A stretch of DNA of 63,521 nucleotides, counting the filler, from Licmophora abbreviata (Eukaryota), in assembly GCA_900291995.1 (NCBI GenBank). It is 14 parts of 14 records of this genome, joined end to end, with 100 filler letters (N's around TTAATTAATTAA, not from the genome) between each part and the next. Parts side by side here need not be neighbours in the genome. Positions count along the whole stretch, not along the records: positions 31,683 to 39,516 come from OLMU01004271.1; positions 39,617 to 43,705 come from OLMU01004273.1; positions 43,806 to 48,181 come from OLMU01004275.1; 11 more parts are not named here. One strand, given 5' to 3'. Shown here piece after piece: positions 34,176 through 46,966 of the stretch (position 1 is its first letter; every line of letters begins with the position of its first letter). Position numbers and translations under genes: made by a program. Under the pieces are notes generated by a model, which was not told where the DNA came from, searched no databases, and saw nothing but the letters and a program-made list of their open reading frames with translations.

Positions 34176-35681
34176 ATGAGCCCACCTCCCCGAATAAGGC
34201 GGAAGAGAGTCTTTTGGATCTTAACGACGTCTCTCTGCGTCTTGTCGGGAAGCGGCATCTTGCTATGGAGCACGACGGTCGTCGTGACGGAATCAGGATG
34301 GATCCCGAAAAGTACCACTAGTACAGAGACAGAGCAAAACAAAGTTGAGCAGTCTTCCATACAGGAATCGAAGTTTCCCTCTACTTCTCCTCGTGTTACA
34401 GTTTCTCCCTCTTTTGCACCGCCTAAGTTTGTTCCGACTGCCGCTACAACTAGTCTTTTGCCGACATTGGCTTCATCTTCGGCCACCCAAACTCCCATTC
34501 CAGTCTACCTTTGGCCCAACGTGAACCAATCCAACTTCGACGACAACACGCTCGGGTACTCTACATACTCCTTTGAATACAAACACTTTGTCATTGAAGG
34601 GATCGACCGCAGCCAGAATCTGGAGCGAATTTACGATGCCTCGTACTCGCACCCCAAACTCATTTGGATGACGGACTTGTTCCAAGGCAAACGACCGTCC
34701 AAATGGTGTGCAGCACTCACGAGTGCTGTCAAGGACGCGCAAAAGAGCAGCACCACAAGCACCACACCATGGCCTCTGTACATTTTGGATTGGAATGACG
34801 ATCCAAAGTTGCCTTGGACCTATCAACACTGCGATGAGCTATACGAACTGCTGGGACGACACAATGTGTACTATTGGAAGCGCAGTATGGTGAGAGGTCG
34901 AAGCTGGAATGAGAGTACGAGGAGCATCAATCCAGGAACCATTGACTCCACCTTTTCATGGAACTACTCGGACTGGTCGGCGGCGCCCATTCAGCACCTG
35001 TCCTATGGTGTTCGAACCGATATACTTTGTGCGATGCAGGAGATCATTCAGAGAGATTACGCGGATCTACTATCATCTCACGATTCTTCTGGTTCCATCA
35101 AAGACTGGGATTTATCTTCCTTGTTGCCCCGTCCATTCGATGTGGCCCACTTTTGGCCTGCCCCTGAACAGCAAACGTCCGCAACACAAGTCAACCGGGG
35201 AGGGTCCAGCAGCAACAATTCACAGCTGCGAGACGAAGTGAGTCGCGCCATATATGGTTGGAATCAGACACACTCGAATGCCACCGGCTTTGCGGGCTTG
35301 ACGGGAAGTGCAAAGGAGCAGGGGCGTGTGGAGGCACAAGAAGATTATGCGCGTGCACTATTGGAATACAAGATAGTGGTAGTAGCGCAGAAGGACGAGT
35401 GGGAAGGGCACTATCGCTTGATGGAAGCGTTGAGTAGTGGAGCATTAGTCATGACGGATCGTATGTTGGTACCTCCGGAAGGCTTCCAAGATGGAACGAG
35501 TATTGTAATTTATGACAATGCGACGGACTTGTTGAACAAAATCGAACATTACTTGTGGAGCGTCAGTACTGAAAGGCGAGAGGCCATTGCACGTGAAGGA
35601 AGGAGAATCGCCATGACACGGCATCGAAGCTGGCATATTATGGAACGAATCATCCATGGAAAGGCACTCTCTGCAGCGTGA
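34176..35681 (+). CDS. Glycosyltransferase (Glyco_trans_1_2-like), paralog B, intact type II membrane protein
   Basis: N-terminal TM helix, S/T/P-rich stem, RLMEALSSGALVMTD and EAIAREGRRIAMTRH. Confidence 0.82.
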   Translation: MSPPPRIRRKRVFWILTTSLCVLSGSGILLWSTTVVVTESGWIPKSTTSTETEQNKVEQSSIQESKFPSTSPRVTVSPSFAPPKFVPTAATTSLLPTLASSSATQTPIPVYLWPNVNQSNFDDNTLGYSTYSFEYKHFVIEGIDRSQNLERIYDASYSHPKLIWMTDLFQGKRPSKWCAALTSAVKDAQKSSTTSTTPWPLYILDWNDDPKLPWTYQHCDELYELLGRHNVYYWKRSMVRGRSWNESTRSINPGTIDSTFSWNYSDWSAAPIQHLSYGVRTDILCAMQEIIQRDYADLLSSHDSSGSIKDWDLSSLLPRPFDVAHFWPAPEQQTSATQVNRGGSSSNNSQLRDEVSRAIYGWNQTHSNATGFAGLTGSAKEQGRVEAQEDYARALLEYKIVVVAQKDEWEGHYRLMEALSSGALVMTDRMLVPPEGFQDGTSIVIYDNATDLLNKIEHYLWSVSTERREAIAREGRRIAMTRHRSWHIMERIIHGKALSAA

Positions 35682-36110
35682 AGGATCTTGGACTACCGTA
35701 GGTATGAACTACTAGGAGTACGATAGCCAGCTACTGGGTGGGTCAGTCCACGGGTAGACTTGGTACCGGTACGAGTCTGGCATGCAAGAACCGGGTAGAT
35801 AGTCTCACGCAACAGCGTTGTTCAATCTCCACATTGCAGTAAAAAGTGCCATAGTCTCTACCTCCTTGGAACGAGAGGTCCTGTGTGTACCTAGCTAGTC
35901 TAGACGACGTCAACATCCATGTAGTTTCACAGCACACTGCTCGACATCAGGAAGCGGCTATCCTTATCCCTAACTCGAATCTGTGGATGTCAGCGACATT
36001 CCAAACCGGCGGGAGGTCTATGATATTGCATCTCACGCACTCCACACACACCACGCCAGCGAACCTCGAGTGAACCCCTGCGAGTTTGGAATTATCTTTG
36101 GAACTAAATT

Positions 36111-37697
36111 ATGTCACCCAGCGGCGTAGCAACGGCAAAAGAGAAGACTCAAGGCTCCAAAAGGGCTGTTCCAGATTTGTCAGAGTCAGTGAGCAAGACT
36201 GCGTGGGCCGAGGACCAAGCTCCCCGCAACAGACTGCCGGTTGTCTCCAAGGACCCCCAAGGATCTCTCAAAGAAACAACAACAGCAGCAGCAGCAGCAG
36301 ACACGCAGACGACACGCCGGGTAGACTGCTTGAAGCTCTCGGAAGACAAGCGAGGATCCACGTCGAATAGAGAAGGTGAGATGCTGGATTCAGATGCGAT
36401 AGTGATGGAGAATGATCCTTCGCTGCAGCACGATGATGCCTTCATGATCCGTCCTCCATCCGGATGGACGTCGGAACAGTATCGCGCCTTGATTTCCGCA
36501 ATCTACGACGAAGGACTCAAGCAGGCGTCGCCGTCGGTGATCAAAGAAAACATGGCAGTGCAGGATCCCATGATCACGAGCGAACGAATCAAGAGCCACC
36601 TTCAAAAGTACCGCCTCTTTAGATCAAAGAGTAAAGCGGAGTTCCTGACCGCGTACGACAAGTGGATGGCAAGAGTTACTCATGCGGTTGGGGCCAGTGA
36701 TCTTGCAATGAGCAGCGCAACACTCCCTTCGCCCCGGGACACGCTGAGCCTCGCTTCCACGGAGGTACCTGCTTCAGGAGAGCTTGCGGCATATTTGACC
36801 TATTGCGTGATCGTCGATGAGAGAGCTGCAGAGCAGGGATTCGCGACGGAAGGAAGTGGCGCCGCTGCCGCACTTGATACAAGCGGATTTACCCATGGCT
36901 GGCTGAGGAGTTCACTTCCTAAGAATGATGACCAACGGCGTTTCCTAGCCAAGATGATCACCACATCGACGGTCGTCTTCCCCACGCTCACCGAAGAGGA
37001 GAAGAGATCTCCTCTTGGTCGAATGATGATGCATGTCATGGCCCTTTGTATGGAATTAAACGATCACATCTTGTTGCTCCGTCGAGAGGACTTTGAGGAG
37101 ACCAAACTGGCTGGGCAAGGGGCTGCACACCAGGAGGAATACCAAGCGCCTCCTCGGTCACACCAGGAGCAAGAAGCCCCAGCGGCTGCACATGATGATG
37201 ATGATGATGATGATGATGCATCTGCGAATGAAAATCATCGCGAACGCAAGAGGCCCCGCCATGACAATCACCCCTCCTCCGTCCAAAGCGTTTTTCAGCC
37301 TCCTGCACCTCACAATCGTTTCTTCGGCGCCCCGTCCACCAGTGACAGTCTTCGTCAGTTGTCGCAGAACTACACTCGGGTTCAATCTCTTCAGCAACTC
37401 TTTGGCTCTTCTTCGACACCGATCTCGTCGAACGCCTCAATGCCGATCCACCCGCAGAATCCAGCCTTGTCGGATCCTTCCACGACGGCGTCGTCTCAAC
37501 AAACGCACTCTTCGATGAGGCTTGGGGAAGCTAGTCGCATTCAATACGGAGCTTCGGTTCCTCCCCCCGGAATTCACCACGAAGACCAGTCTATTGCACC
37601 AATGAGAGATCAAGCCAATCAATCGCCGGACGTAACTGACCCATCGACTCTGTACTGGAGAACACCGCTAGACGATCTTGACGGCAGCGGTGGATAA
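36111..37697 (+). CDS. GARP/Myb-like SHAQKYF-class transcription factor
   Basis: WTSEQYRALISAI..G...ASPSVI...TSERIKSHLQKYR, plus a low-complexity C-terminus. Confidence 0.85.
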   Translation: MSPSGVATAKEKTQGSKRAVPDLSESVSKTAWAEDQAPRNRLPVVSKDPQGSLKETTTAAAAADTQTTRRVDCLKLSEDKRGSTSNREGEMLDSDAIVMENDPSLQHDDAFMIRPPSGWTSEQYRALISAIYDEGLKQASPSVIKENMAVQDPMITSERIKSHLQKYRLFRSKSKAEFLTAYDKWMARVTHAVGASDLAMSSATLPSPRDTLSLASTEVPASGELAAYLTYCVIVDERAAEQGFATEGSGAAAALDTSGFTHGWLRSSLPKNDDQRRFLAKMITTSTVVFPTLTEEEKRSPLGRMMMHVMALCMELNDHILLLRREDFEETKLAGQGAAHQEEYQAPPRSHQEQEAPAAAHDDDDDDDDASANENHRERKRPRHDNHPSSVQSVFQPPAPHNRFFGAPSTSDSLRQLSQNYTRVQSLQQLFGSSSTPISSNASMPIHPQNPALSDPSTTASSQQTHSSMRLGEASRIQYGASVPPPGIHHEDQSIAPMRDQANQSPDVTDPSTLYWRTPLDDLDGSGG

Positions 37698-37923
37698 AGG
37701 GGTGAAGAGAGTGAACACACATGGGGATGAAATTGCGGAGACGGTCGCCGGTATGATAGAATTGCATGTTGGGAGAGTATGACATTGGGGTTACAACGTA
37801 CACAGAGAAATTGGGTCTGGGCACATGGTAGTGCCATGCTACAACAACAGGGAGTACACTCAGTAGCATACTACTGATACTTCCGCCGTCCCGATACTTC
37901 TATTTAGTAATACTCTTCTCTCG

Positions 37924-39398
37924 TCATGACGACACGACACGTCCGAAAAGGACTCGTTCCATTATATGCCAGCTACGATGTCTCGTCATGGCAATCCTCC
38001 ACCCCTCCCGTGCAATCGCCTCTCGCTCCTTCCTCGGGACTCTCCAAAGATAGTGTTCCACTTTTGTCAGCATATCCGTCACATTGTCATACACAACAAT
38101 ACTCTTCCCGTCGACGAGGCCCTCGGGAAGGAGAAGCATCCGATCGGTCAAGACTAGTGCTCCGCTGCTCAACGCCTCCATCAATCGATAGTGTCCCTCC
38201 CAGTTGTCCTTTTGCGCTACAACAACAATCTTGTAGGACAACAAGGCCCTCACATAGGACTCCTGCACATCATTCCGTCCCATTAAATTGGCCGCTCCAG
38301 CAAGTCCCGCAAATCCCGTAACATCCGGATACCGCGTCGCATTCCAATCCCAAATGGCTTGACTGACGGCATCCCGCAACATGGAGTTGTGCTGAAACCG
38401 TCCCCCTCGATCGACCTTGCCGTCCACGGGTATATCCGGAGGCGGCCAAAAGTGCGCCACGTCGTTGGGACGGGGCAGTATCGACGCAAGATCCACATTG
38501 CCTTTGTCATAATCGTAATGTTGCATTCTTCTTGTAAAAATGCGGCAATCCCCTCGACCGTATCACTCCTCACTCCATACGACACATGCTGAATCGGCCT
38601 TCCACTCCAATACGAGTAGTTCGACTGATAGTTGGGATCGATCCTACCCAATACAGTGGTATTGGTCGTTGCATTCCAATGCCGTTCCACCACCATGCTT
38701 CGTTTAAAGTACCGAATATTGGAAAGCCCCAGTAGGTCGTAGAGTGCATCGCAGTGTTGAAACTCAATGGGCATGTAAGGATCATCGCCCCAATGACAAA
38801 TGTACAAGGGAAATTGTTGTTGGTGTGTTTGCTTCAAACGCTCTTGCACAGCTTCCACCAAAGCCTCACACCACCTCGATGGTCTCTTGCCTGTCCCAGT
38901 GTCGGCAAGCCACAGAAGTTTGGTGTTGTTGTTGTTGTTGTTGTTGTTGTAGTGAGTATCATTGGAATATACGCGTTCCAGGTAGGGAGAGCGCTCCACA
39001 CCATCAACGACAAAATGCTTCATTTCATTGTGGATGGCCTTGTCGTTGGTCCAAATATAGACGGGCAGTTTCTTTGGTAGTAGGTGTGTGTGTTTGTTAG
39101 AAGAAGGTAATAATAGTAATGGTGAAGGAGTAGTAGTCATGGTGGGCGTCGTGCTAGTAGGAGTGACTGTGGGTAGAGTCCATGATGTAGTAGCGATCGC
39201 CGCAGTAGGCCTCGTTGTCGTGGAAGGTGACAGGCTGTTTGGATCATCCGATGCGCCAACGCTATGGTTGCCTCGCAGTACAACAACATCCGCCCCTTCA
39301 CTCAATGTGTGATTCAATTCGGTACCCAAACATCGAAGGTATATTCCAGCGCCAATGAGGACAGTGAGGAGAATCGAAAGAAGAAAAGTCCGTCTCAT
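37924..39398 (-). CDS. Glycosyltransferase (Glyco_trans_1_2-like), paralog C; 1-nt frameshift near 38527
   Basis: ORFs 38283-39398 and 37924-38526 together match paralog B end to end. Confidence 0.8.
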
Positions 39399-39442
39399 TC
39401 TTTTGCAGAAAGAGAAGAACGAAAGTGTGGAACAGATCGTTC

Positions 39443-39516
<74 letters not shown>
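39443..39516. repeat. (TTG)n microsatellite running into the gap
   Basis: About 24 perfect units at the contig end. Confidence 0.97.
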
Positions 39517-39616
39517 NNNNNNNNNNNNNNNNNNNNNNNNNNNNNNNNNNNNNNNNNNNNTTAATTAATTAANNNNNNNNNNNNNNNNNNNNNNNNNNNN
39601 NNNNNNNNNNNNNNNN

Positions 39617-40334
<718 letters not shown>

Positions 40335-40445
40335 ACGGAAGCATGAAGGAGTCTCACAACACTGATTCGTGCTTGACAGCTGTACGGTATACTCACAATA
40401 CTTTTAATAGTAGTAGAAGTACTAGTACTAGAAGTCTACTCGTAT

Positions 40446-41603
40446 TTAGTACATTGCGAGTGCAGGCTTTCGACGCTTCGCTTCTCTCTCGATCTCTTCT
40501 GGTGACGCCTCGTCGTCCTCGAATTCGCGCTGGACGCATTTACACGATTCATACAAGTCCAACAGGGAAAGCACATTTGTTTGAAGAGCCCAGTGAGGGT
40601 TCGTCCAAAGGTATTCCAGAACGGTCGACGGATGCTTCATTGGTTCTTCTTCTATTCCACCTCGAGGCGGACAATAGCAGTAGTCCGTGGCACCGGTTGC
40701 CCTGTGTCGCGTCCCTACATACCAGCCCATGGCCTCTAGACGAGGCCACACAATGTGCGAAAAGAGCGTGTCCTTGCATGTCATGTTTGCAGATCTCTTG
40801 GCACGACTGACGTTCGAGCCACGAGGCACGGATGACTCGACTCGGCACACACCTGTTTGAAAGAACTCGTGCCCCTGCACTTGACGTATGCGACTCGTCT
40901 CACGTGGAAACAATTCTGCTCCCACTGCCAAGGCCAACCCCGTGGCATACTGGAGTCCCGGGGATGTCCACAGATTGGCATGTTCCTTGTGTAGAAATGG
41001 TACAGTAGTTGTAGCGCTGCTGCTTGTACCGCACCAACATGTGGGTCCCAAAAGATCGACACCATGCCCTACGAGTTCCGGAAGGAGTCGCGTCGCACTG
41101 GCCCCACAGGCTACCACTAAAGAGGAAGAAGAAGAAGACTGTAGTAGACAGGATGCTCCAATGGTAGTGGTGCTTTCAAGCTCTTGTCGCACGTACTGTC
41201 CAAAGCAGTCGCATTCCAAGAGTGCCGTGACACCCCGATCGCCGCCCGGAAGCAGCAGTACATGGTACTTGTGTTGTTGTTGTTCCAACACGAGTTCTTC
41301 AAAGGACATGTTGTCCGGCACGAGAGAGATACCACCCGTCAGTGCTGTGGTGCAAGATGCAGTGTTGTTGTTGTTGTTGTTGTTGTTGGTGGTGGACACC
41401 ACATCGACCGCCATGCCCAATTCATGCCAAATTCGATGACAAATCATGACATCAATGGCTTCACTGCCCGGTGCAATTGCAATCAAGGCTTTTTTCGGTA
41501 GAGTAGTAGTAGTAGTAGTAGTAGTATTGGATGTATCAGGAGTAGTAGAGAATGACTCTTTGTCACCATCCTTGTTGTCGTCCTCCTCAACAACAACCAT
41601 CAT
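40446..41603 (-). CDS. DJ-1/PfpI-like domain protein with an unrelated C-terminal module
   Basis: KALIAIAPGSE, VLLLPGG..G, VVACGA and TSPG motifs. The C-terminus contains WPRLEAMGW...YCPP. Confidence 0.65.
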   Translation of the reverse strand: MMVVVEEDDNKDGDKESFSTTPDTSNTTTTTTTTLPKKALIAIAPGSEAIDVMICHRIWHELGMAVDVVSTTNNNNNNNNTASCTTALTGGISLVPDNMSFEELVLEQQQHKYHVLLLPGGDRGVTALLECDCFGQYVRQELESTTTIGASCLLQSSSSSSLVVACGASATRLLPELVGHGVDLLGPTCWCGTSSSATTTVPFLHKEHANLWTSPGLQYATGLALAVGAELFPRETSRIRQVQGHEFFQTGVCRVESSVPRGSNVSRAKRSANMTCKDTLFSHIVWPRLEAMGWYVGTRHRATGATDYCYCPPRGGIEEEPMKHPSTVLEYLWTNPHWALQTNVLSLLDLYESCKCVQREFEDDEASPEEIEREAKRRKPALAMY

Positions 41604-42117
41604 GGTAAGCACTTTTGTTTTGGATTCATGTCATGTCAGACTACATACGACGAGAGCTGGAAACAGGAGTCGTAGTGCAAGCGGGCGATGGCATCCAGAC
41701 GACGGCATCCAGACGAAAGGAATGCAAGGAATGCAACAGGAAACGCCGTCTCTGCAAAGACTAGACTAGCCTAGTTGGAGAGGAGAGTAGTACGATATGA
41801 GAGATCAAACGAGTGTGTGTGTGTGTGTGAAAGTGCCATGTTTTGGATTTTGCAAGTGCGTAAGAAAGATACAGTTTTTATCTCGACACGGAGCTCAAGC
41901 TGGATCACGCATGATATCGTACTAAACACACACACACACTACTCGATCTTGAGACGAAAGCATCATTGCAAGCACCACAAACCAAGCAGGCACATCCTTG
42001 CAGTCTTCCCAACAGACGAAGGGCGAGAGTGTGTGTGTGTGTGTGTGTGCTGTCATGACGAAAAGGACAAACATTGTACCGGTATGCATACGAATACTGG
42101 TACCATCATCACCGCGG

Positions 42118-43447
42118 ATGCTACTGCAAAACGCACTGCTGGTACGAATAGTAGCAGTCGTTGTAGTAGTACTAGTAGGAGTAGTACTCCCCCACAGTCA
42201 CCTCGTGGACAGTTTCACAACGACCCCCGTCCCTAGTCACACCACTGCAAGCATTCGAAACCGCAAGCTACTACTCGCGTTGCGTGCACAACAACAACAA
42301 CAAACAACTGAACAACAGACCCTCGGTCTCCTCACCTTTGATCTCGACGACACGCTCTACCCCATCGCTCCCGTCGAGGCGGAAGCCAACGAGGCCGTCG
42401 TCAAGGCCATGGAACAATTCGGCTTTCACGGCTTGCAACGAGATGATCTCATTCAGACGGCAAAACTCATTCGAGAGGAAATTGGAGCGGAGGATCCGCA
42501 ACGGGCTGCTGTACTGACCTATCGGGAAATTCGGGAATTGGCGATTCGGAGGGAAATGGTCAAGGCCACGGCCAAGCGAAAGTTAAAGGCATTGGCAGAA
42601 GATGAGGCAACGACGGTCGAATCGCTTGCCACTCTCGTCAAGGTCAATGCGGAAAAGTAAGGCATGACGTATCTTTGACCAAAAATGCAATCACTCATTT
42701 ACTCATGTACTCACTACTACTACTACTACTACTATCATCACCAGGTGGGCCAACGCTGCTGTATCCGACTCTCAAGTCAAGGCCGTCTCGACCGCTTGGG
42801 AACGCGAGCGCCATCACGCTTCGGAACGCCACTTGTACCCCGAAGTACTGGATGTCTTGCAACGCATCAAGGACCAGCACCCATCGGCCATTATTGGTGC
42901 CGTCACGGACGGACGCTCCAATCCCCTCTTTATGACCTTCACCCTCGCACCCTTCTTTGACTTTGCCTGCTCGTGGGAAGACGACCAAGGAAATCGCCAA
43001 AAGTTCTTTCAAGACTTGAGTGACACGGGGGGTGACAGCAGTCAGCTGACGTGGATCTACGATGAAGCGCGGTACAAGTATGCAGTATTGAAACAGGCAG
43101 CAGACGGCATGACGACTACCACTACGGAGCCTCCTCTTGTCTACCCCGACACCTACGACGATCGCGTGTGGATTCACGTGGGGGACGACTTGGCCTTTGA
43201 CGTGGGTGGGAGTGCCGCGTGCGGGGCCAAGACGATTTATGCGGCACTCTCGGACGCGCAGTACAAGCAAACGGCGCGTCATCGGTTTGATAGTAAGGAA
43301 CAACCCTCGTGGTCGACGGCGTCCATGGAGGAACTGAAAATGAGGTACGAAATCATGAGTGAGGCGGCGAATGATAAGGTCAATGTCAAACTGAACTTTT
43401 TGACGAGACTGCCCGAGGCGATTCAAGATATTCTGGAGGGAGCATGA
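42118..43447 (+). CDS. Plastid-targeted HAD-like hydrolase; intron 42657-42744
   Basis: VDS|FTT presequence, motif I FDLDDTL, motif II AVTDG and motif IV HVGDDLAFDV. Confidence 0.88.
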
Positions 43448-43805
43448 TTGTATGCTGGGAACAAACACGCTATGATGAGACTTTTAAGAGAATGGAGGTA
43501 GATGATAATGAGTGATGATTAATGAGTGATGATTGTAAGGGTGAGACTGATGCTAGACTCATCATAAAGAGGAGACGAGAAAGGTTACGAGTGTAATCAT
43601 ATAGTCTTGCACATCTATCTACTACTGTATGCCATACCTGAGGGGAGAGCCATGCTCTGTTCTTGCCATCAGCAATCATCCTCTCTACTATTCGTATGTA
43701 CTTTTNNNNNNNNNNNNNNNNNNNNNNNNNNNNNNNNNNNNNNNNNNNNTTAATTAATTAANNNNNNNNNNNNNNNNNNNNNNNNNNNNNNNNNNNNNNN
43801 NNNNN

Positions 43806-45940
43806 AATCAGGAGGATGGTGATTGGATTGTACAACTCTCACGGCTCCTTCCACAAGAATCGACAACAACAACAAGGAAGAATGACTGGAATGTGCTGGT
43901 GGTGGTGGGATATCGTCCATATTACAAGTGGTTGCCGCTTGTCAAGCAACAGTGGGAAACCTATTCGACCGCCAAGCGTTTCTTGGCAGACTGGCCATCC
44001 ATGAATGGGAGTTTAAGCGGTCTCGGTCGATGGATTGAGCCCTTGTTTCCGTCCTTTTGGAGGGCTGTTCCAGTACCGAGCAATGTCTTTCCCTTTGTGT
44101 TTACAGATTTGATTGTCCAATACTATCGAGACTTTCGTGTACCGGTGCGGATACTGAATGTGGAGGAAGCAATATCACCATTGTCGTTACGAAGCCATCT
44201 CTTGTGTCGCGTTCTTCCCAACACACCCAAGGCGTGCGAGCACAGTCGTGATGAGTTGGATCTTGGAGAACAAACACAAGATGACGATGAGTCACTGTCG
44301 TTTTTCTATTGGTACGACATGTTGGTCTGTCGAGCCGCGGAACTGGGATTGATTTCGAATTTGCGTCGGATCGAACGACGTGGTGCTGCTCTGGCGGCAC
44401 AAGATTACCATGAGCGCATTTTGAACTTGACTTTACAAGACTTTCCGCAAGAGTGTCCCAGTGTGATCGAGTTGGAAGGCTTTCTCAACAAGTCTGTGGA
44501 AATGGAGGCAAACGTAGTGTCGTTGTCGTCCTCATTCGGTGGTGGTGGTCCTGCAGAAGCGAAGCATCGAGCCGACTACTGGAAGTTTGCAAAGGCTGGA
44601 ATGTTTTGTTCGATTGATGTCGATGCAGCACTTCAGGAAGAACGATGGAAGACCTTTTTTGCAAATCGCATGCGTATCGATCCGATCCACAATGACAAGA
44701 AACCCTACTTTATCGTTCACGTCGGCCCGCCCAAGACAGGCACAACGACGCTTCAGAGCGAGCTGACGGGCCTCTCCGATGTGCTGGCACAGGACAAGTA
44801 CACGTTTGCCGGAGCCATGGTGACGAATCATGAGTGGAGTGGACAGCTTCCGATCTTTGATGTGTTGGCCAACACGAGTTGCTCTCGCGAGGTGGAAGAA
44901 GTTCGCTTTCGGTATTACAACTCCTTGAAGAGTTCAAGATCATCGACAGACACTTTGACACTCTTGGATGCATTGAAGGCAGTGGACTGTTGGCGGGCCC
45001 TACAAACAGAGCTCGACTCGTTTCGGCAACGGGGGCACTCTGTCATTATCTCGGACGAAACTCTGAGTTTCCGTCGATCCATGTATCGCGACATTGGTCG
45101 CGCCCCCTTCGACTGGATCGCCTTGAAGGAAACGCTTTCCAATGATTGGAATCTCCTCGTGGTAGTAACCTACCGACCATTCTTGAGTGGCTGCCGAGTG
45201 CCAAGCAACAGTGGGAACGCTACACTCCCGCCAAGCCAACCGTTTCTCAGTGGCCCGGTCCCAAGTCCAAGGGCATTCACATTCAACCGCTCTTTCCTGA
45301 CTTTTGGAAGATCAAGCTGCAATCCAACGACCTCCCGTACGCCTTTACGGACTACATCTTTGACAACTACTGGCCGCACGTTCCTGTCATCCTCATGAAC
45401 ATGTACGACCACAACACTGTCAACACTACTGCACTTTCTTCTTCTTCTTCTTCTTCCATACGAACCAACTTTGTCTGCAACATTCTTCCAAATGCAGCAA
45501 GGACGTGTCGCTACAGTCGAGAACGAGATGAGAACGAACAGGAAAGCATCATTAACAAGTCCCAACCGCCTCCCTACTACGACATGCTCGTTACAAGAGC
45601 TGCCGGGAAGGGTTTGTTCGACACGACCACCATGAGCCGGCACGACGCTGTCGTGTCTGCCACCACCTTTCAAGAAGAAAGCTTGAATTTGACAATACAC
45701 GACTTTCCCTTGACTTGTCCAGGATCCAAGGAACTACGAGCGTTTCTAGACACGTCGTTGGAGAAAGAAGCTTGGTTGCTTCCAGACTTTCATGCATCTC
45801 GATCAGGAAAGGCACTGCACCAAGAGCGGTTCATGACATGGGTGGAAGAGGGCAAGTTTTGCTCGATCGATACGGAACGTGTACTTGGAGCCGACGAACG
45901 ATGGCAAGAATTCTTTGCAAATGGCATGAAAGTGGATTGA
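43806..45940 (+). CDS. Sulfotransferase-like P-loop protein with internally duplicated domain; 5' truncated, frameshift near 45183
   Basis: HVGPPKTGTTTLQ and IISDE motifs. Two homologous units (YRP..WLP..KQQWE ... YDMLV.RAA ... FCSID...ERW..FFAN). Confidence 0.7.
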
Positions 45941-46105
45941 TTCTGTGGAACGTGGTGTTGTTCACGACGAGCCATAAGACTACTACTACTGCTACGAAAG
46001 TGATCAATGATATCTAGCGTATCACCATGCTACGTACTGTAGACTGATGAACTATTCTACTTGTCCGTGTCGGTATTGCCTCTCGCGCTCGCTTCTTTGG
46101 TCGAC

Positions 46106-46966
46106 TCACTCATTCGCACTGTCCTCACCATCACCACCCTCGCTACTACTAGTAGTACTACTCGCATCCTCCGAATCACTTTCTTCTTCTTCTTCTTCTT
46201 CTTGAAACCACGGCGCCACTCCCGCCTCCTCCTTATCCACTCCCAGCCTCCTCGCCTGCCACTGTCCCAATACACTCGCGGGCGTCAAATACGTCCATCC
46301 TCGAATGGTACCTTGCAAAAAGTAATAGTCTTCCGCCGTGGTCGCCCAGAGCTGCTTGCCACCCAAGATGGATTCCTTACTGACACTAAAGTACTGCGAG
46401 GCCCGGTCCATACTCCACGTGCCCTCGGCTCCATCGCCCCAGACGGCAACATTCTTGCCGGCCTTGTCCACCACCAATCGACACCAGGTTTCTTCAATCT
46501 TTTGGTTCTTGTTGTTGTCAAAGACGCTCCCCACGAGCCATTCGGAATTGACCATGTCGGCCTCGGTGAGTTCTTCAAAGTCTACATATTCCCATTCGTC
46601 GTCGTCGTTGCTGTTGTTGGTTTCGTCGTCGTCGGATGGTACTGAAGTAGTGGTGGTATCTGCTGAAGTAGTTTCCGTGTTGCTGGCGTAGCAGCGTGTT
46701 GATTTTGGGGGCAGTCCTGCTACTTCTACGAGTGAGGTTGTCAAGGATCGTCGCGTCGATCGTGTCGTAGTAGTAGTAGAAGAAAACGACAACGACGAGG
46801 AGGACGAGGAGGATAGCCATCCGAGGACGGGAGAAGTCTTTTCCAGTACCACTCCAAGCAGTAGTAGTAGTAATAGTAGTAGTGATGGCAGTCGAAACTT
46901 TCGGGTTCGAACGGAACAGGCCGCAGGATTCTTAGTTCGTAGTATTGCTGCGGAAGAACTCTTCAT
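46106..46966 (-). CDS. Hypothetical plastid-targeted protein
   Basis: Signal peptide ending VLG|W, S/T-rich transit peptide, and a Trp-rich beta domain. Confidence 0.7.
   Translation of the reverse strand: MKSSSAAILRTKNPAACSVRTRKFRLPSLLLLLLLLLGVVLEKTSPVLGWLSSSSSSSLSFSSTTTTTRSTRRSLTTSLVEVAGLPPKSTRCYASNTETTSADTTTTSVPSDDDETNNSNDDDEWEYVDFEELTEADMVNSEWLVGSVFDNNKNQKIEETWCRLVVDKAGKNVAVWGDGAEGTWSMDRASQYFSVSKESILGGKQLWATTAEDYYFLQGTIRGWTYLTPASVLGQWQARRLGVDKEEAGVAPWFQEEEEEEESDSEDASSTTSSSEGGDGEDSANE

Noticed and set aside
39264..39572. Poly-Cys and poly-Val ORFs
   Set aside because: They are translations of the (TTG)n microsatellite running into Ns.
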